Source: a bacterium (lineage in GTDB: Bacteria > CAIWAD01). Taken from it: DNA of 64,000 bases. The stretch's first letter is position 1. Each line of letters starts with the position of its first letter. The notes under the pieces are model-generated. The model saw only the letters and a program-made list of their open reading frames with translations. It made no database searches and was not told the DNA's origin. The stretch lies in assembly GCA_030685015.1 (NCBI GenBank), contig JAUXWS010000087.1, positions 24,822 to 88,821 on the forward strand, read 5' to 3'. A program made the translations under genes and the position numbers. Below, piece by piece: positions 8,704 through 18,371 of the stretch.

Positions 8704-10581
8704 TCAGCCCTGTACATTGCCCACGGCGTCCAATTGTACTGCCCTCCTCGACGGGCAGGTCACCAGCCAGGTGGCCTTCTGGCCATCCTCGAACACGACG
8801 TCCACGGGAATGCTGGCGTGCTCCAGGGGAGCCGTGCTTTCCACGCGCAGGCCCTCGGCTGCAAAGGCAATCTTCACGCTGGCACGGTCGCTTAGCACGT
8901 CCCGCCAGTAGACACCCAAACCGTACACCGTGTTGATCCAGAAATCACCCGAAAATGCGTGCAGGACGTGGCGCAGGATGGCCTCGGTGAGCCGTGGTCC
9001 CACCCACCCCGTGAACTGCCGCATGTGCTGGTGGCACATGAAGATTACGGGGATGGCCTTGCGCATGGCGCGGTGAATCCAGAACAGGTTCATCCAATAA
9101 TGGAAGATGTGCTCGGGATCGCCGGGATAACGTTTGGTTAGCTCCACAGCCTGTCGAGCGCCCGGCGCCCAATGCGGGGGCGGCTGCAGCAGGACATTAT
9201 GCTTGGTCCGCACGTCGGAATCGGACAGCACTTCGCAGCCCGCCGCTTCCATGGCCTTGGGTGTGAAAGCATCGTTGGTGCGGTCGGGCATGGCCCAAGA
9301 TTTCGGCGTGAACCCGAAATGCAATTCGCTCATGCGCCGCATCTCCAGTGCGTTGTCGCGCTGCTCCGCCAGCGAACCTTCATTGTCGCTCAGCCACCGG
9401 TAACGGCCAGCACCCATGCGGGCGTCCAGCTTCCATCCGTTCTCCTCCGCCGTCGCTGTGTCCGTACCGTAATGCAGGTGGCCGTGGTTGCCTAGCTCGA
9501 TTAGATAGGGCAGGGAACTGTCGAAGGGATAGCTGGCGCGGTGCCGCAGCTCCACGTGTTCATTCATCCACGAGATGAAGCGCGGGATCTGGTCCGCGCC
9601 ACGGTCGATGCCGTAGTACGCGGCCCAGCGGGTCGCCTCCTCTTCATCCAGCGACAGCCGGGACGAGAGGTACATGGTTTGCGGCATGCGGTAGCGTGAC
9701 GCTATGTCAAAGGTCAGGGTCAGCCCCTCGATGGACTGACACGTAGAGGTGTCGTAAATATCCATGTCGCCACGCCAGGCGAAGGCTGATGTGCAGGCTC
9801 CGGGCCAGCGGGTAACAGCAGCCGATGTAATCCGGGGTGCCCGTGCGAGGACGGCCTCGACAGCCAAGTTGGCGCGCCAAGTGCTCTCGCCCCATTCGCA
9901 GGTCAAGTCGATGTGTGAGCTGGCAGCGGCGGCCACCGCCTCGAAGTCAAGATCCACGCGATGGATCTGGCCGGTCTTTAGCACTCCCAGCTGTCGTTCA
10001 GCTTCCCCCAACAACTTCACGCCATCCCCCGTGGCCACCCGCAAGCGCTGGGCGGTCTGCGTAGGAGTAATGGTGTGGTTGCCCACGACGACCTGCACGC
10101 GCCAGCGGCGGCCCACCGCCATTGTGCCCATGGAATACGAGGGGCGCCGCTGAGTGAAGGGACCTATAATAGTAAAGGTCAACTGCGGATGCATTGAAGG
10201 GGCGGGATAGGCACGGGCCAACCCGCGGCTGCAAGCAGCATTCGTCGGTTCGGGGCCGATTGTGTCCCGGGTGTTCCAGACTTCGTTCATGAACCGCCGT
10301 TCTTGGCGGGTTAACTGAAGCGACCATACTAGCAGAACAACTGATAAGGCCAAGACGAACACTACATCTAATCCTCCCCACCATAGGGCCAAGAGGCCGA
10401 CCATAACCGCCGCAGTCTCGAAGCGGTGCCGGGGAACACCCAGCTTTTTGGGTCCCACCTCGCCCACGATGTTGGCAATGTAGAACAGCCAGCCCAACCT
10501 ACCAGGAGCCAGCCAAACGAGGCGCTGCACCACATGGAAGGCCACCAATGCGATGCCCAAAAGCAGTTGAATCATCCTCAC
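8704..10581 (-). CDS. membrane-anchored polysaccharide deacetylase-like protein (3 N-terminal TM helices plus large extracytoplasmic domain)
   Basis: GTG start overlaps the TGA of the upstream gene (GTGA). Motifs AWRGDMDIYD and LGNHGHLHYG resemble NodB/deacetylase active-site regions. Confidence 0.5.
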   Translation of the reverse strand: MRMIQLLLGIALVAFHVVQRLVWLAPGRLGWLFYIANIVGEVGPKKLGVPRHRFETAAVMVGLLALWWGGLDVVFVLALSVVLLVWSLQLTRQERRFMNEVWNTRDTIGPEPTNAACSRGLARAYPAPSMHPQLTFTIIGPFTQRRPSYSMGTMAVGRRWRVQVVVGNHTITPTQTAQRLRVATGDGVKLLGEAERQLGVLKTGQIHRVDLDFEAVAAAASSHIDLTCEWGESTWRANLAVEAVLARAPRITSAAVTRWPGACTSAFAWRGDMDIYDTSTCQSIEGLTLTFDIASRYRMPQTMYLSSRLSLDEEEATRWAAYYGIDRGADQIPRFISWMNEHVELRHRASYPFDSSLPYLIELGNHGHLHYGTDTATAEENGWKLDARMGAGRYRWLSDNEGSLAEQRDNALEMRRMSELHFGFTPKSWAMPDRTNDAFTPKAMEAAGCEVLSDSDVRTKHNVLLQPPPHWAPGARQAVELTKRYPGDPEHIFHYWMNLFWIHRAMRKAIPVIFMCHQHMRQFTGWVGPRLTEAILRHVLHAFSGDFWINTVYGLGVYWRDVLSDRASVKIAFAAEGLRVESTAPLEHASIPVDVVFEDGQKATWLVTCPSRRAVQLDAVGNVQG

Positions 10582-11828
10582 GCGAAAGGTTCCCAGCTAA
10601 GTAGTTCGTAGGCTTGGCCCCTGGCCACAGCTTCGATGACGCGGACATAGCGGCCTAGGATGTCAGGTAGCAGGAGATGCTCTTGCACGAATCGTCGCCC
10701 GTTGCCTCCCATGGTATCGCGGACAGTGGGGTCCGCCGCCAAGTCCAGGATCGCAGCGGCGAGGCCCTTGGCGTCAAAGGCCGGCACTACGCGACCGGCT
10801 TGGTGGGCGGCTATGATTTCCGCCTGTTGTCCGCCCATGGCCGCGACAATGGGCTTGCCGGACCCCATGTAGTCCATCAGCTTGTTTTCGAAGTAAATGT
10901 GGATTAGCGGACTCTCGAAGAGCGACATAAGGCAGATATCGGCCGCCGCGATCAACCCGGGTATCCTACCTTTTGGCACAGGATCGTGGAAGTACACGTG
11001 TTGCAGCCCCAGCTCACGAGCCAGGGCTATGGCCCTCGGCTTGGTCTGTCCGTATCCGACAAAGTCGAAGCGGATGCCCCTGTCTGCCGGCACATAGGCA
11101 GCAGCCCGCACTAAGGTGTCCACGGCCGTTACTTCTGTGTGGGTACCAGTAAACAGGCATACAATCGAGCTGTCCCAACCTAAGGCGCGCCGCTGCTCTT
11201 TGCGCTCGCCTTCCTCAACCTTGAACAAGTCTGGGTCGAAGCCGTTGGGAAACACGTCCACACGTCGCGGATCTAACCCCTTGCGCAGCAGCTCGACCTT
11301 GATGCCCGGTGTAATAGAAACGATGCGGTCCGCGCTGTTGTACAAGGAGTTGGCTAATGCATGGAGAGGCCTAGCCTGCCATGAACGGATGGCCCCCTTG
11401 ACCTCAAGGGCGTCGGGCCAAAGATCCCTTACCTCCAGCAGCCAAGGTACCCCGTACTTGCGGGCCACTCGCCGGCCGGCCCAGGCGGCAAACAGGGGTT
11501 GCACGGAAGCCAGCACAATATCCGGGCGAGGCAACGTCGCCGCCACTTGGAGAGCGGGTCTGACATAGCCGAGATAGTTCTTCAAACGGGCGGCTAGGCT
11601 CCTACGCAAGCCAGAATGTTCCTTCACGCGATGGACAAAAACGCCTCCTCCGCTGATGGTGGAGATAGCCTCCTCCGGCTCCGCCTGCTCACTGTAGACG
11701 TTGAGGTCGCTGGCCACCACATGCACGTCATGCCCCGCATCAGCCAAGGCGACCGACAGTTTGCGGGGTTGCATGCTGCCTGGCGCTGCCGGGCCAGTAT
11801 AGTATTGCTTATACACGTGGATGATCAC
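10578..11828 (-). CDS. glycosyltransferase family 4
   Basis: Probable GTG start giving VIIHVYKQYYTGPAAPG...LADAGHDVHVV. The longer ORF start at 12116 would overlap the upstream aminotransferase by about 290 nt. Contains an EX7E-type C-terminal domain. Confidence 0.7.
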   Translation of the reverse strand: MIIHVYKQYYTGPAAPGSMQPRKLSVALADAGHDVHVVASDLNVYSEQAEPEEAISTISGGGVFVHRVKEHSGLRRSLAARLKNYLGYVRPALQVAATLPRPDIVLASVQPLFAAWAGRRVARKYGVPWLLEVRDLWPDALEVKGAIRSWQARPLHALANSLYNSADRIVSITPGIKVELLRKGLDPRRVDVFPNGFDPDLFKVEEGERKEQRRALGWDSSIVCLFTGTHTEVTAVDTLVRAAAYVPADRGIRFDFVGYGQTKPRAIALARELGLQHVYFHDPVPKGRIPGLIAAADICLMSLFESPLIHIYFENKLMDYMGSGKPIVAAMGGQQAEIIAAHQAGRVVPAFDAKGLAAAILDLAADPTVRDTMGGNGRRFVQEHLLLPDILGRYVRVIEAVARGQAYELLSWEPFA

Positions 11829-12958
11829 CTGCGGCACTCCCCGAAGGTGCGGATGCGATCGATCACCCGATGAATGTCGGAGTCCGTCAAGGCACTTCCC
11901 GAGGGCAGGCAAAGGCCGCCTGCGAAGAGCTGCTCGGCCACGGTGCTGCCGAAGCAGCGACTGCCGCGGAAGACAGGCTGCAAATGCATGGGCTTCCACA
12001 CGGGCCGGGTCTCGATATCGTCCGTCTCCAAGTGCAGGCGCAAGGTCTCTGGATCCACACCAAACTTGTCGACGTCGATCTGGATCACGGTGAGCCAGCG
12101 GTTGTGACCAGCCCACGGAGCCTCGGGCATGAAAGTAATGCCCGGCACATTATCCAAGCCTAGGCGATAGGCTTCGAAGATCCGCCGCCGTGCGGCCACA
12201 CGCACGGGCAGCACACGCAATTGCGCCAAGCCGATGGAGGCCAACACGTTGCTCATGCGGTAATTGTAACCCCACTCCTTGTGCTCATAGTATGGCTTGG
12301 GCTCACGTGCTTGCTGCGATAAGTTACGGGCGCGGTCTATTAGGTCCCTATTCGCCGAACAGAGCATACCGCCGCCCGAGCTGGTGATGATCTTGTTGCC
12401 GTTGAAGGAGAAGATGGCGGCGTCCGCGTCCAGTCCCACAGGCCGTCCTTTGTATGTGGTCCCCACCGCCTCTGCGCAATCTTGTAACACGGGGATGCCA
12501 CGCTCGCGGCAAAGGGCCAGTATGGGGTCCATATCTGCAGGATGGCCGTACAAGTCCGTGGGAACTACGGCAGACACGCGACGCCCTTCCCGTTCACAGG
12601 TTGCTAGAGCCTCCGCAAGGACGTGTGAATCCATGCACCAGCTCTCTCGATCCGCGTCCACGAAGGCCAGCTCGGCCCCTTGGTACAAGGCAGAGGCGAT
12701 GCTGCCGATGAATGTAAGCGTGCTGGCTAGCACTGTGGTTCCCGGCCCCACCCCAACAAGGCGCATGGCTAGATGCATAGCGGCCGTGCCACTGCATAAA
12801 GCCAGTGCATTCCCATGATCAAGTAGTTCACAGAATTCAAGTTCGAAGGCGTCGACCATGGGCCCCAGGGGTGCAATGTAATTCGATTCAAAGGCCTGTT
12901 GAACCAGAGCCAGTTCGGTGCCATGCATATGAGGTGGCGAGAGAAATAGTCTAGCCAT
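11825..12958 (-). CDS. DegT/DnrJ/EryC1/StrS (PglE-like) PLP-dependent sugar aminotransferase
   Basis: 377 aa. FSFNGNKIITSSGGGML carries the PLP lysine. Motif EWGYNYRMSNVLASIGLAQL. Confidence 0.85.
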   Translation of the reverse strand: MARLFLSPPHMHGTELALVQQAFESNYIAPLGPMVDAFELEFCELLDHGNALALCSGTAAMHLAMRLVGVGPGTTVLASTLTFIGSIASALYQGAELAFVDADRESWCMDSHVLAEALATCEREGRRVSAVVPTDLYGHPADMDPILALCRERGIPVLQDCAEAVGTTYKGRPVGLDADAAIFSFNGNKIITSSGGGMLCSANRDLIDRARNLSQQAREPKPYYEHKEWGYNYRMSNVLASIGLAQLRVLPVRVAARRRIFEAYRLGLDNVPGITFMPEAPWAGHNRWLTVIQIDVDKFGVDPETLRLHLETDDIETRPVWKPMHLQPVFRGSRCFGSTVAEQLFAGGLCLPSGSALTDSDIHRVIDRIRTFGECRR

Positions 12959-12961
12959 GGT

Positions 12962-15304
12962 TCACCTTTTCACGTTATAACGATACTTGGGGAAGAAACT
13001 CTCAGGCACATCATCAATTCCGTGCACGATCTGGTTGCGCTCGCAAAGGGTTTCGTAGGCGGCCCCATCCACAACAATCCGTTGCGTGCTATACGGATAT
13101 ATCACTTGTGAGAAGCCAAGTTTGAATTGAAAAAGCTCGTCATCACGGCCACCCAATCCTCCTCCCAAGTTAAGCCATTCGGCACCAGATTCCGCATAAT
13201 ACTCAAAAGCTTTGTAAAACATGAGTTTCGATGGCGCCCAGTTGAGATGGTCATCCGTGGTGCCGCCAAGGTGATATTGGACAATACCGCCAGTTCGCAC
13301 GAATAGACCACCGGCGACGACCTTTCCCGCTGGGTTCAGAACCGATATCAAAGCGACATTCGGGCTCAGAACACGACGAAAATCATCGAAATATGCCCCA
13401 CTGAAGAAGTAATAGCGAGCCGCATTGACTCGGGTCATTGTCTGCGCGTATAGTTTTTGAAATACAGTATAATCTTCCCAGTGGTTAATTCGGACTTCGA
13501 AACCAGCCTTCTGGAGTTTTCGGATTGCACGTTTGTGGCTGTTCCGCATGCCCTGCTCAAAAGTGGCCAGATCTTGCCGAAGATTGATCATTACAGTGTT
13601 GCCATGCTTGAAGATCTCCCCCATGGCGCTGGCTGTCTCTGAGAAACAGCCCAGCAACGGGTGGTTGCGGAGAAATAGTGATACAATGTTATTCTGATAG
13701 CAGTAATGTTTTAGAGCCTTCATCAACTCATTCACTTGTGATTCGAAAACAGCATAGACTAGTGGTCCAGGATAGCCATATGGACTATATGCATCCCAAA
13801 GTCTATTTTCGGTAAGAGTCGTTGGTACGAGCCGCAGCAGAAGTGGAACGAACAATTCAGTTTCCCCCAATGTGATGTGCAGTGCAAGTGAACGAACTTC
13901 TTCTTCGCGTGCGCATAGCTTAAGATAGCCCGGCAGGTGATAGAAGTCATGGGGCAATCTTCCCAACACACGTTCCAGCTCCGCAGGTTGATCCAACAAA
14001 TCCCGAATCCTGCTTCGAATTCTTAAGGCGGGCACCCCGACTCGAGTTTCATATCCTTCACTGTCAACGATCTGCACGCTACCCGCTCCGAGTATTGTCC
14101 AGGGACGGATCCGCAGCTGAGGCAATACGCAGCATCCAACTCCTGCGAAAACACCCTCCTCAATATTGGCACCACCGCCCAAATGGACCCCAGGACACAA
14201 GTGGACATGATTCTTAATCAGGCAGTCATGGTCGACACTGCAGGAAGTGTTGAGAATCACGTTGCAACCGATAGATGCTCCAGTATTGACCACAACTCCG
14301 GCTGCAATGAAGGTGCCCATTCCTATTGGAACATCATCGGCAATGACCGCCGAAGGATGGATTACTGCTCGAACTTGCACTCCAGATTTAACCAACCAAT
14401 GAAACACTGTCATCCTTAATTGGTTGCTGCCAAAACCAATGATAACACAGTCGCAGCCACCTGCGCCAAACATAGTTGAAGCGATCGGGCCATACACTGG
14501 CCGGCCAAGGCAAGTCTGGCCATGTAACTGAACATCGTCATCTAGAAATCCGACCAGTTGCAGTTCTCCACCCGACTTCTCGGTGCACAGCACGGCATCC
14601 CCGATCACCCGGCCATGCCCGCCAGCCCCTAGCACCATAATCCTAGTCTTGGGCGAATGACCAATAAACTCGGGCATGGTGGCGTACCTTGGATGGCTGA
14701 TGCCCTCCCTTCTCACCACAAGAGAAACGGTCTTCCAAAGAATCCAAAAGTCAAGCATCAGGGAGTGGCGCTCAACGTACTCCACATCGTGCTCGAAACG
14801 CTCCTCCCAACTCAAGGAGTTGCGGCCTCGGATCTGCGCCAAACCCGTAATCCCGGGCTTCACCTCATGGCGACGGGCTTGGCGCGGGGAATAGCGTGGA
14901 ATGTACTCGACCATCAAGGGGCGCGGACCCACCAAGCTCATCTTACCACGCATCACCAACAGCAATTCAGGCAGCTCGTCAAGCGATGTGGAGCGCAGCC
15001 ACGCGCCAAACGGAGGAATGCGCTCCTCATCTGGCAGCAGGCGGCCCTGTGCGTCACGGGCGTCCGTCATGCTGCGGAACTTGACCAGTTCGAACAAAAG
15101 CCCATGCAGCCCCGGCCGTGTTTGCCTGAATAGAACCGGACGCCCTAGTTTAAATGCGATGGCCAGGGCCAATCCCATGAACATCGGCGCGAGCAACACA
15201 AGGGCGACCGCCGAGGCGCCGATATCAAACAAGCGTTTACCTGCCCGCCGGTATAGCCCTTGGCGCTCTAACCGCGCGGACGCCCAGCCGGAATCTGGAA
15301 TCAC
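12962..15304 (-). CDS. tri-domain fusion: bacterial sugar phosphotransferase (PglC/WbaP C-terminal type), NeuD/PglD-like hexapeptide N-acetyltransferase, and FemAB-related acyltransferase domain
   Basis: Domain 1 is KRLFDIGASAVALVLLAPMF...SLVGPRPL...PGITGLAQI. Domain 2 is MVLGAGGHGRVI...hexapeptide repeats. Domain 3 is ...AARYYFFSGAYFDD...VQYHLGGTTDDHLNWAPSKLMFYKAFEYYAESGAEWLNLGGG. The likely start is a GTG overlapping the upstream TGA (GTGA at 15301-15304). The long N-terminal extension in the ORF table overlaps the upstream gene. Confidence 0.7.
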   Translation of the reverse strand: MIPDSGWASARLERQGLYRRAGKRLFDIGASAVALVLLAPMFMGLALAIAFKLGRPVLFRQTRPGLHGLLFELVKFRSMTDARDAQGRLLPDEERIPPFGAWLRSTSLDELPELLLVMRGKMSLVGPRPLMVEYIPRYSPRQARRHEVKPGITGLAQIRGRNSLSWEERFEHDVEYVERHSLMLDFWILWKTVSLVVRREGISHPRYATMPEFIGHSPKTRIMVLGAGGHGRVIGDAVLCTEKSGGELQLVGFLDDDVQLHGQTCLGRPVYGPIASTMFGAGGCDCVIIGFGSNQLRMTVFHWLVKSGVQVRAVIHPSAVIADDVPIGMGTFIAAGVVVNTGASIGCNVILNTSCSVDHDCLIKNHVHLCPGVHLGGGANIEEGVFAGVGCCVLPQLRIRPWTILGAGSVQIVDSEGYETRVGVPALRIRSRIRDLLDQPAELERVLGRLPHDFYHLPGYLKLCAREEEVRSLALHITLGETELFVPLLLRLVPTTLTENRLWDAYSPYGYPGPLVYAVFESQVNELMKALKHYCYQNNIVSLFLRNHPLLGCFSETASAMGEIFKHGNTVMINLRQDLATFEQGMRNSHKRAIRKLQKAGFEVRINHWEDYTVFQKLYAQTMTRVNAARYYFFSGAYFDDFRRVLSPNVALISVLNPAGKVVAGGLFVRTGGIVQYHLGGTTDDHLNWAPSKLMFYKAFEYYAESGAEWLNLGGGLGGRDDELFQFKLGFSQVIYPYSTQRIVVDGAAYETLCERNQIVHGIDDVPESFFPKYRYNVKR

Positions 15305-16506
15305 CTCATGAACTCCATCAAGACGCCCACCACTTCCCGCTGCTGGTCTTCCCGCAGTTCCGGGTAGATGGGAATGGCCAGGGACTGGTTGGCGGCGCAT
15401 TCGCTGACGGTAAAGTCGCCCGGGCCGTGACCCAGGTTGGCGAAGCAGTCCTGCAGGTGGAAGGGCACGGGGTAGTAGACCTCGTTGCCGATGCCGCGCG
15501 AGTTCAGGAAGGCGCGCAGCTCGTCGCGGCGGTCCACGCGCAGGACGAACTGGTTGTAGATGTGGCGGTCGCCCGGCCGCGCCCAAGGCAGGATCACGCC
15601 CCTGCGCCCCGCCATGTCAAGGGTCGCCGGGTCCAGGCCGGCCGGATCCACCACCAACCCGGCTTCCGCCAGCAGGCGCCGGTAGCGCTCGGCGTTGGCC
15701 TGGCGGGCCGCCGTCCACTCGTCCAGCTTGCCCAGCTTGACTGTGAGCACGGCCGCCTGGATGGCGTCCAGGCGGAAGTTGCCGCCGATGACGCGATGGT
15801 AGTACTTGGGCTTGCCCCCGTGGACGCGGAGAATCTCCAGGCGGGCGGCCCGCTCCTCGTTCTGGGTGACCACCATGCCGCCGTCCCCCACCCCGCCCAG
15901 GTTCTTGGAGGGGAAGAAGCTGAAGCAGCCGTACTGGCCCAGGCCGCCCACGCGCCGGCCCTGATACTCCGTGCCGATGGCCTGGGCGCCATCCTCGATG
16001 ACCGTCACGCCATGCCGGGCGGCGATCTCCACGATGGGGGCCAAGTCCGCACTCTGCCCGTACAGGTGGACGGGAATGATCGCCTTGGTGCGCGGCGTGA
16101 TGGCCGCCTCCAGGCGCGCCGGATCCAGGTTGAAGCTGCGCGGCTCGATCTCGACGAAGACCGGCGTGGCGCCCAGGCGGACCGGACAGCCGGCCGTGGC
16201 GAAAAAGGAGTAGGGCGGCGTGATCACCTCGTCCCCGGGGCCGACCCCCTCGGCCATGAGGGCGATGAGCAGGGCGTCCGTGCCGCTGGAGACGCCGCAG
16301 GCATGGGCGGCGCCCACATAGGCTCCCACCGCCTCTTCCAGCTCCTTCACCTTGGGCCCCAGGATGAAGTGTTGGGACTCCAGCACCTCCAGCACCGCCC
16401 GGTTGATCTCCTCGCGCTGGGTGGCGTACTGCGCCTTCAGGTCGAGCAGGGGAACACCCATCCTCAGCTTCCTTTCCTGTGCTCCTGGTCCAATGGTTTC
16501 GCTCAA
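15301..16506 (-). CDS. DegT-family aminotransferase (WbpE-like UDP-2-acetamido-3-oxo-glucuronate aminotransferase candidate)
   Basis: 401 aa. LLDLKAQY...GGMVVTQNEERAARLEILRVHG...GGNFRLDAIQAAVL. The real start may be the internal MGVPLLDL. Confidence 0.8.
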   Translation of the reverse strand: MSETIGPGAQERKLRMGVPLLDLKAQYATQREEINRAVLEVLESQHFILGPKVKELEEAVGAYVGAAHACGVSSGTDALLIALMAEGVGPGDEVITPPYSFFATAGCPVRLGATPVFVEIEPRSFNLDPARLEAAITPRTKAIIPVHLYGQSADLAPIVEIAARHGVTVIEDGAQAIGTEYQGRRVGGLGQYGCFSFFPSKNLGGVGDGGMVVTQNEERAARLEILRVHGGKPKYYHRVIGGNFRLDAIQAAVLTVKLGKLDEWTAARQANAERYRRLLAEAGLVVDPAGLDPATLDMAGRRGVILPWARPGDRHIYNQFVLRVDRRDELRAFLNSRGIGNEVYYPVPFHLQDCFANLGHGPGDFTVSECAANQSLAIPIYPELREDQQREVVGVLMEFMR

Positions 16507-17195
16507 GCTGTCAGCCGCCCGCCGTGGACGATCTCGTCGTAGAAGCGGCCGCCGTTGCGCAGCTCGTCGGGCAGCGGCGCCTCCTCGTCGAAATCCAGGC
16601 AGCGCAAGACGCCCGCCTCCACTTCGCGGTAACGCAGGCCGCTTTCCGGACAGGAGTAGACCCCCTCGGCGTCGGGCTGGCCCAGCGGCAGGCCGTGGCG
16701 GCTCACCCAGCCGATGCGGCGGGCGGGCACGCCCACCATCAGGGCGTAGTCGGGCACGCTCTTGGCCACCACGGCGCCGGAGCCGATGAAGCAGTAGCGC
16801 CCCAGTTCGATGCCGCAGACGATGGTGGCGTTGGCGCCCACGCTGGCGCCGCGACGGATGATGGTCGTCTCGTAGAGGCTGTGGCGGTTGATCTCGCTGC
16901 GCGGGTTGGTGACGTTGGTGAGCACGCAGGAGGGGCCCAGGAAGACATGGTCCTCGAGAATCACTCCCGAATAGATGCTGACGTTGTTCTGCACCTTGAC
17001 GCCGTCACCGATGACCACCCCGCCGTCCACGTTGACGTTCTGGCCGAAGACGCAGCGCCGGCCGATCCTCGCCCCCGTCATCACATGGCTGAAGTGCCAG
17101 ATCTTGGTTCCCTCGCCGATCTCGCAGGGTTCGTCCACCACGGCGGTGGGATGCGCGTAGTAAAGCTTTTCCGCCACACTCCTCTCCTTCATCAT
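16503..17195 (-). CDS. hexapeptide-repeat N-acetyltransferase (WbpD-like)
   Basis: Start MMKERSVAEKLYYAHPTAVVD. Left-handed beta-helix repeats (IGDGVKVQNNVSIYSGVILEDHVFLGPSCVLTN). Confidence 0.75.
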   Translation of the reverse strand: MMKERSVAEKLYYAHPTAVVDEPCEIGEGTKIWHFSHVMTGARIGRRCVFGQNVNVDGGVVIGDGVKVQNNVSIYSGVILEDHVFLGPSCVLTNVTNPRSEINRHSLYETTIIRRGASVGANATIVCGIELGRYCFIGSGAVVAKSVPDYALMVGVPARRIGWVSRHGLPLGQPDAEGVYSCPESGLRYREVEAGVLRCLDFDEEAPLPDELRNGGRFYDEIVHGGRLTA

Positions 17196-17259
17196 CTCAA
17201 TTGCGCCGCGGAGCCGTGGATTGTAATGAAAGGTCGAACATAAAGCTTCGCCACACGCC

Positions 17260-18366
17260 TCAGACACCTGCAGTCGCTATGATGCGTCCAGCCATGCGTT
17301 CCACTTTCTCCCCCAGGACCCGGGCCGTGGTCCATTTTCCCCCAAAGACAGATAGCAGGCGGCCTTCCTGCTCCAGCACGTACTCGCGGGTCGTCCGCCC
17401 CGGATTGGCGCTGCCGACATCCACCAGGGGGCGCAGTCCGGCGAAGCGCTCCCTGATCTCCGTGGCGCGCGCCGCCTGAATGAAGGCCGAGGCATGCACG
17501 CCCAGCAGGTAGTTTTCCTCCTCGCCCGAGCAGGCGATGGGCTCGGCCAACCCCTGCCGCACCTCGGTCGTGCCCAGCAGGGTGCCTCCCCGCCAGGGCA
17601 GGGCAAAGCAGATGCGCTCCTCACCCGGAACCTGGAGAAAGAAGCCGTCCGCCAGCGGACGATCCAAGACGAGGTGGCTGCCCCGCACCAGGTCCAGGCC
17701 ATGCCGGGCCGGCACGCCGGAACGGTCCAGCAGGTCCCGGCACCAGGGTCCGGCGGCGTTGACGATCAGGTCGGCCTGCCGCTCCTTGCCCGCCAGGAAG
17801 CTGCCGTCGACCGCCAGCCGCTCCACCGGCACCCCCTCATGGATGGTGGCCCCGGCGGCGCGGGCCTGATCGGCGGCCCAAAGGCCCAGGCCCTGATCAT
17901 CCATCTGCACATCGTAGAACAGGAAGCCCCCCTGCAGGCCCTCCGGCCTCAAATCCGGGGCACGCCGGACCAGGGCGGCGCGGGACAGCCAGGCATGCCG
18001 TCCGAGGGTGCGCCGTCCGGCCATCAGGTCATAGAGCAGCAAACCCAGGCGCAGGAGGAGGCGGCTGCGCGACACGCCCCGGTAGATGGGCAGGATGAGG
18101 CCGAGCGGCCGGGCCAGGTGCGGCGCCTGGGCCAGCCACCAGCTGCGCTCGCGCAGGCTTTCCCGCACCAGCCCGAACTCGCCCTGCTCCAGGTAGCGCA
18201 GTCCGCCGTGGATGAGCTTGGTGGAGGCGCTGCTCGTCTCCCCCATCAGGCGGCCGCGCTCGAAGAGCTCCACCTCGTGACCGGCCCGGGCCAGCGCCCA
18301 GGCGCTCATCACTCCGTTGATGCCGCCTCCCACCACCGCGATGCGCGCCCTGCGCTCCTGTGTCAT
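17260..18366 (-). CDS. FAD-dependent oxidoreductase (GlpD / 2-hydroxyglutarate oxidase-like DAO superfamily)
   Basis: N-terminal Rossmann IAVVGGGINGVMSAWALARAGHEVELFER and LIHGGLRYLEQ motifs. 368 aa. Confidence 0.65.
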   Translation of the reverse strand: MTQERRARIAVVGGGINGVMSAWALARAGHEVELFERGRLMGETSSASTKLIHGGLRYLEQGEFGLVRESLRERSWWLAQAPHLARPLGLILPIYRGVSRSRLLLRLGLLLYDLMAGRRTLGRHAWLSRAALVRRAPDLRPEGLQGGFLFYDVQMDDQGLGLWAADQARAAGATIHEGVPVERLAVDGSFLAGKERQADLIVNAAGPWCRDLLDRSGVPARHGLDLVRGSHLVLDRPLADGFFLQVPGEERICFALPWRGGTLLGTTEVRQGLAEPIACSGEEENYLLGVHASAFIQAARATEIRERFAGLRPLVDVGSANPGRTTREYVLEQEGRLLSVFGGKWTTARVLGEKVERMAGRIIATAGV

Positions 18367-18371
18367 GGCGA

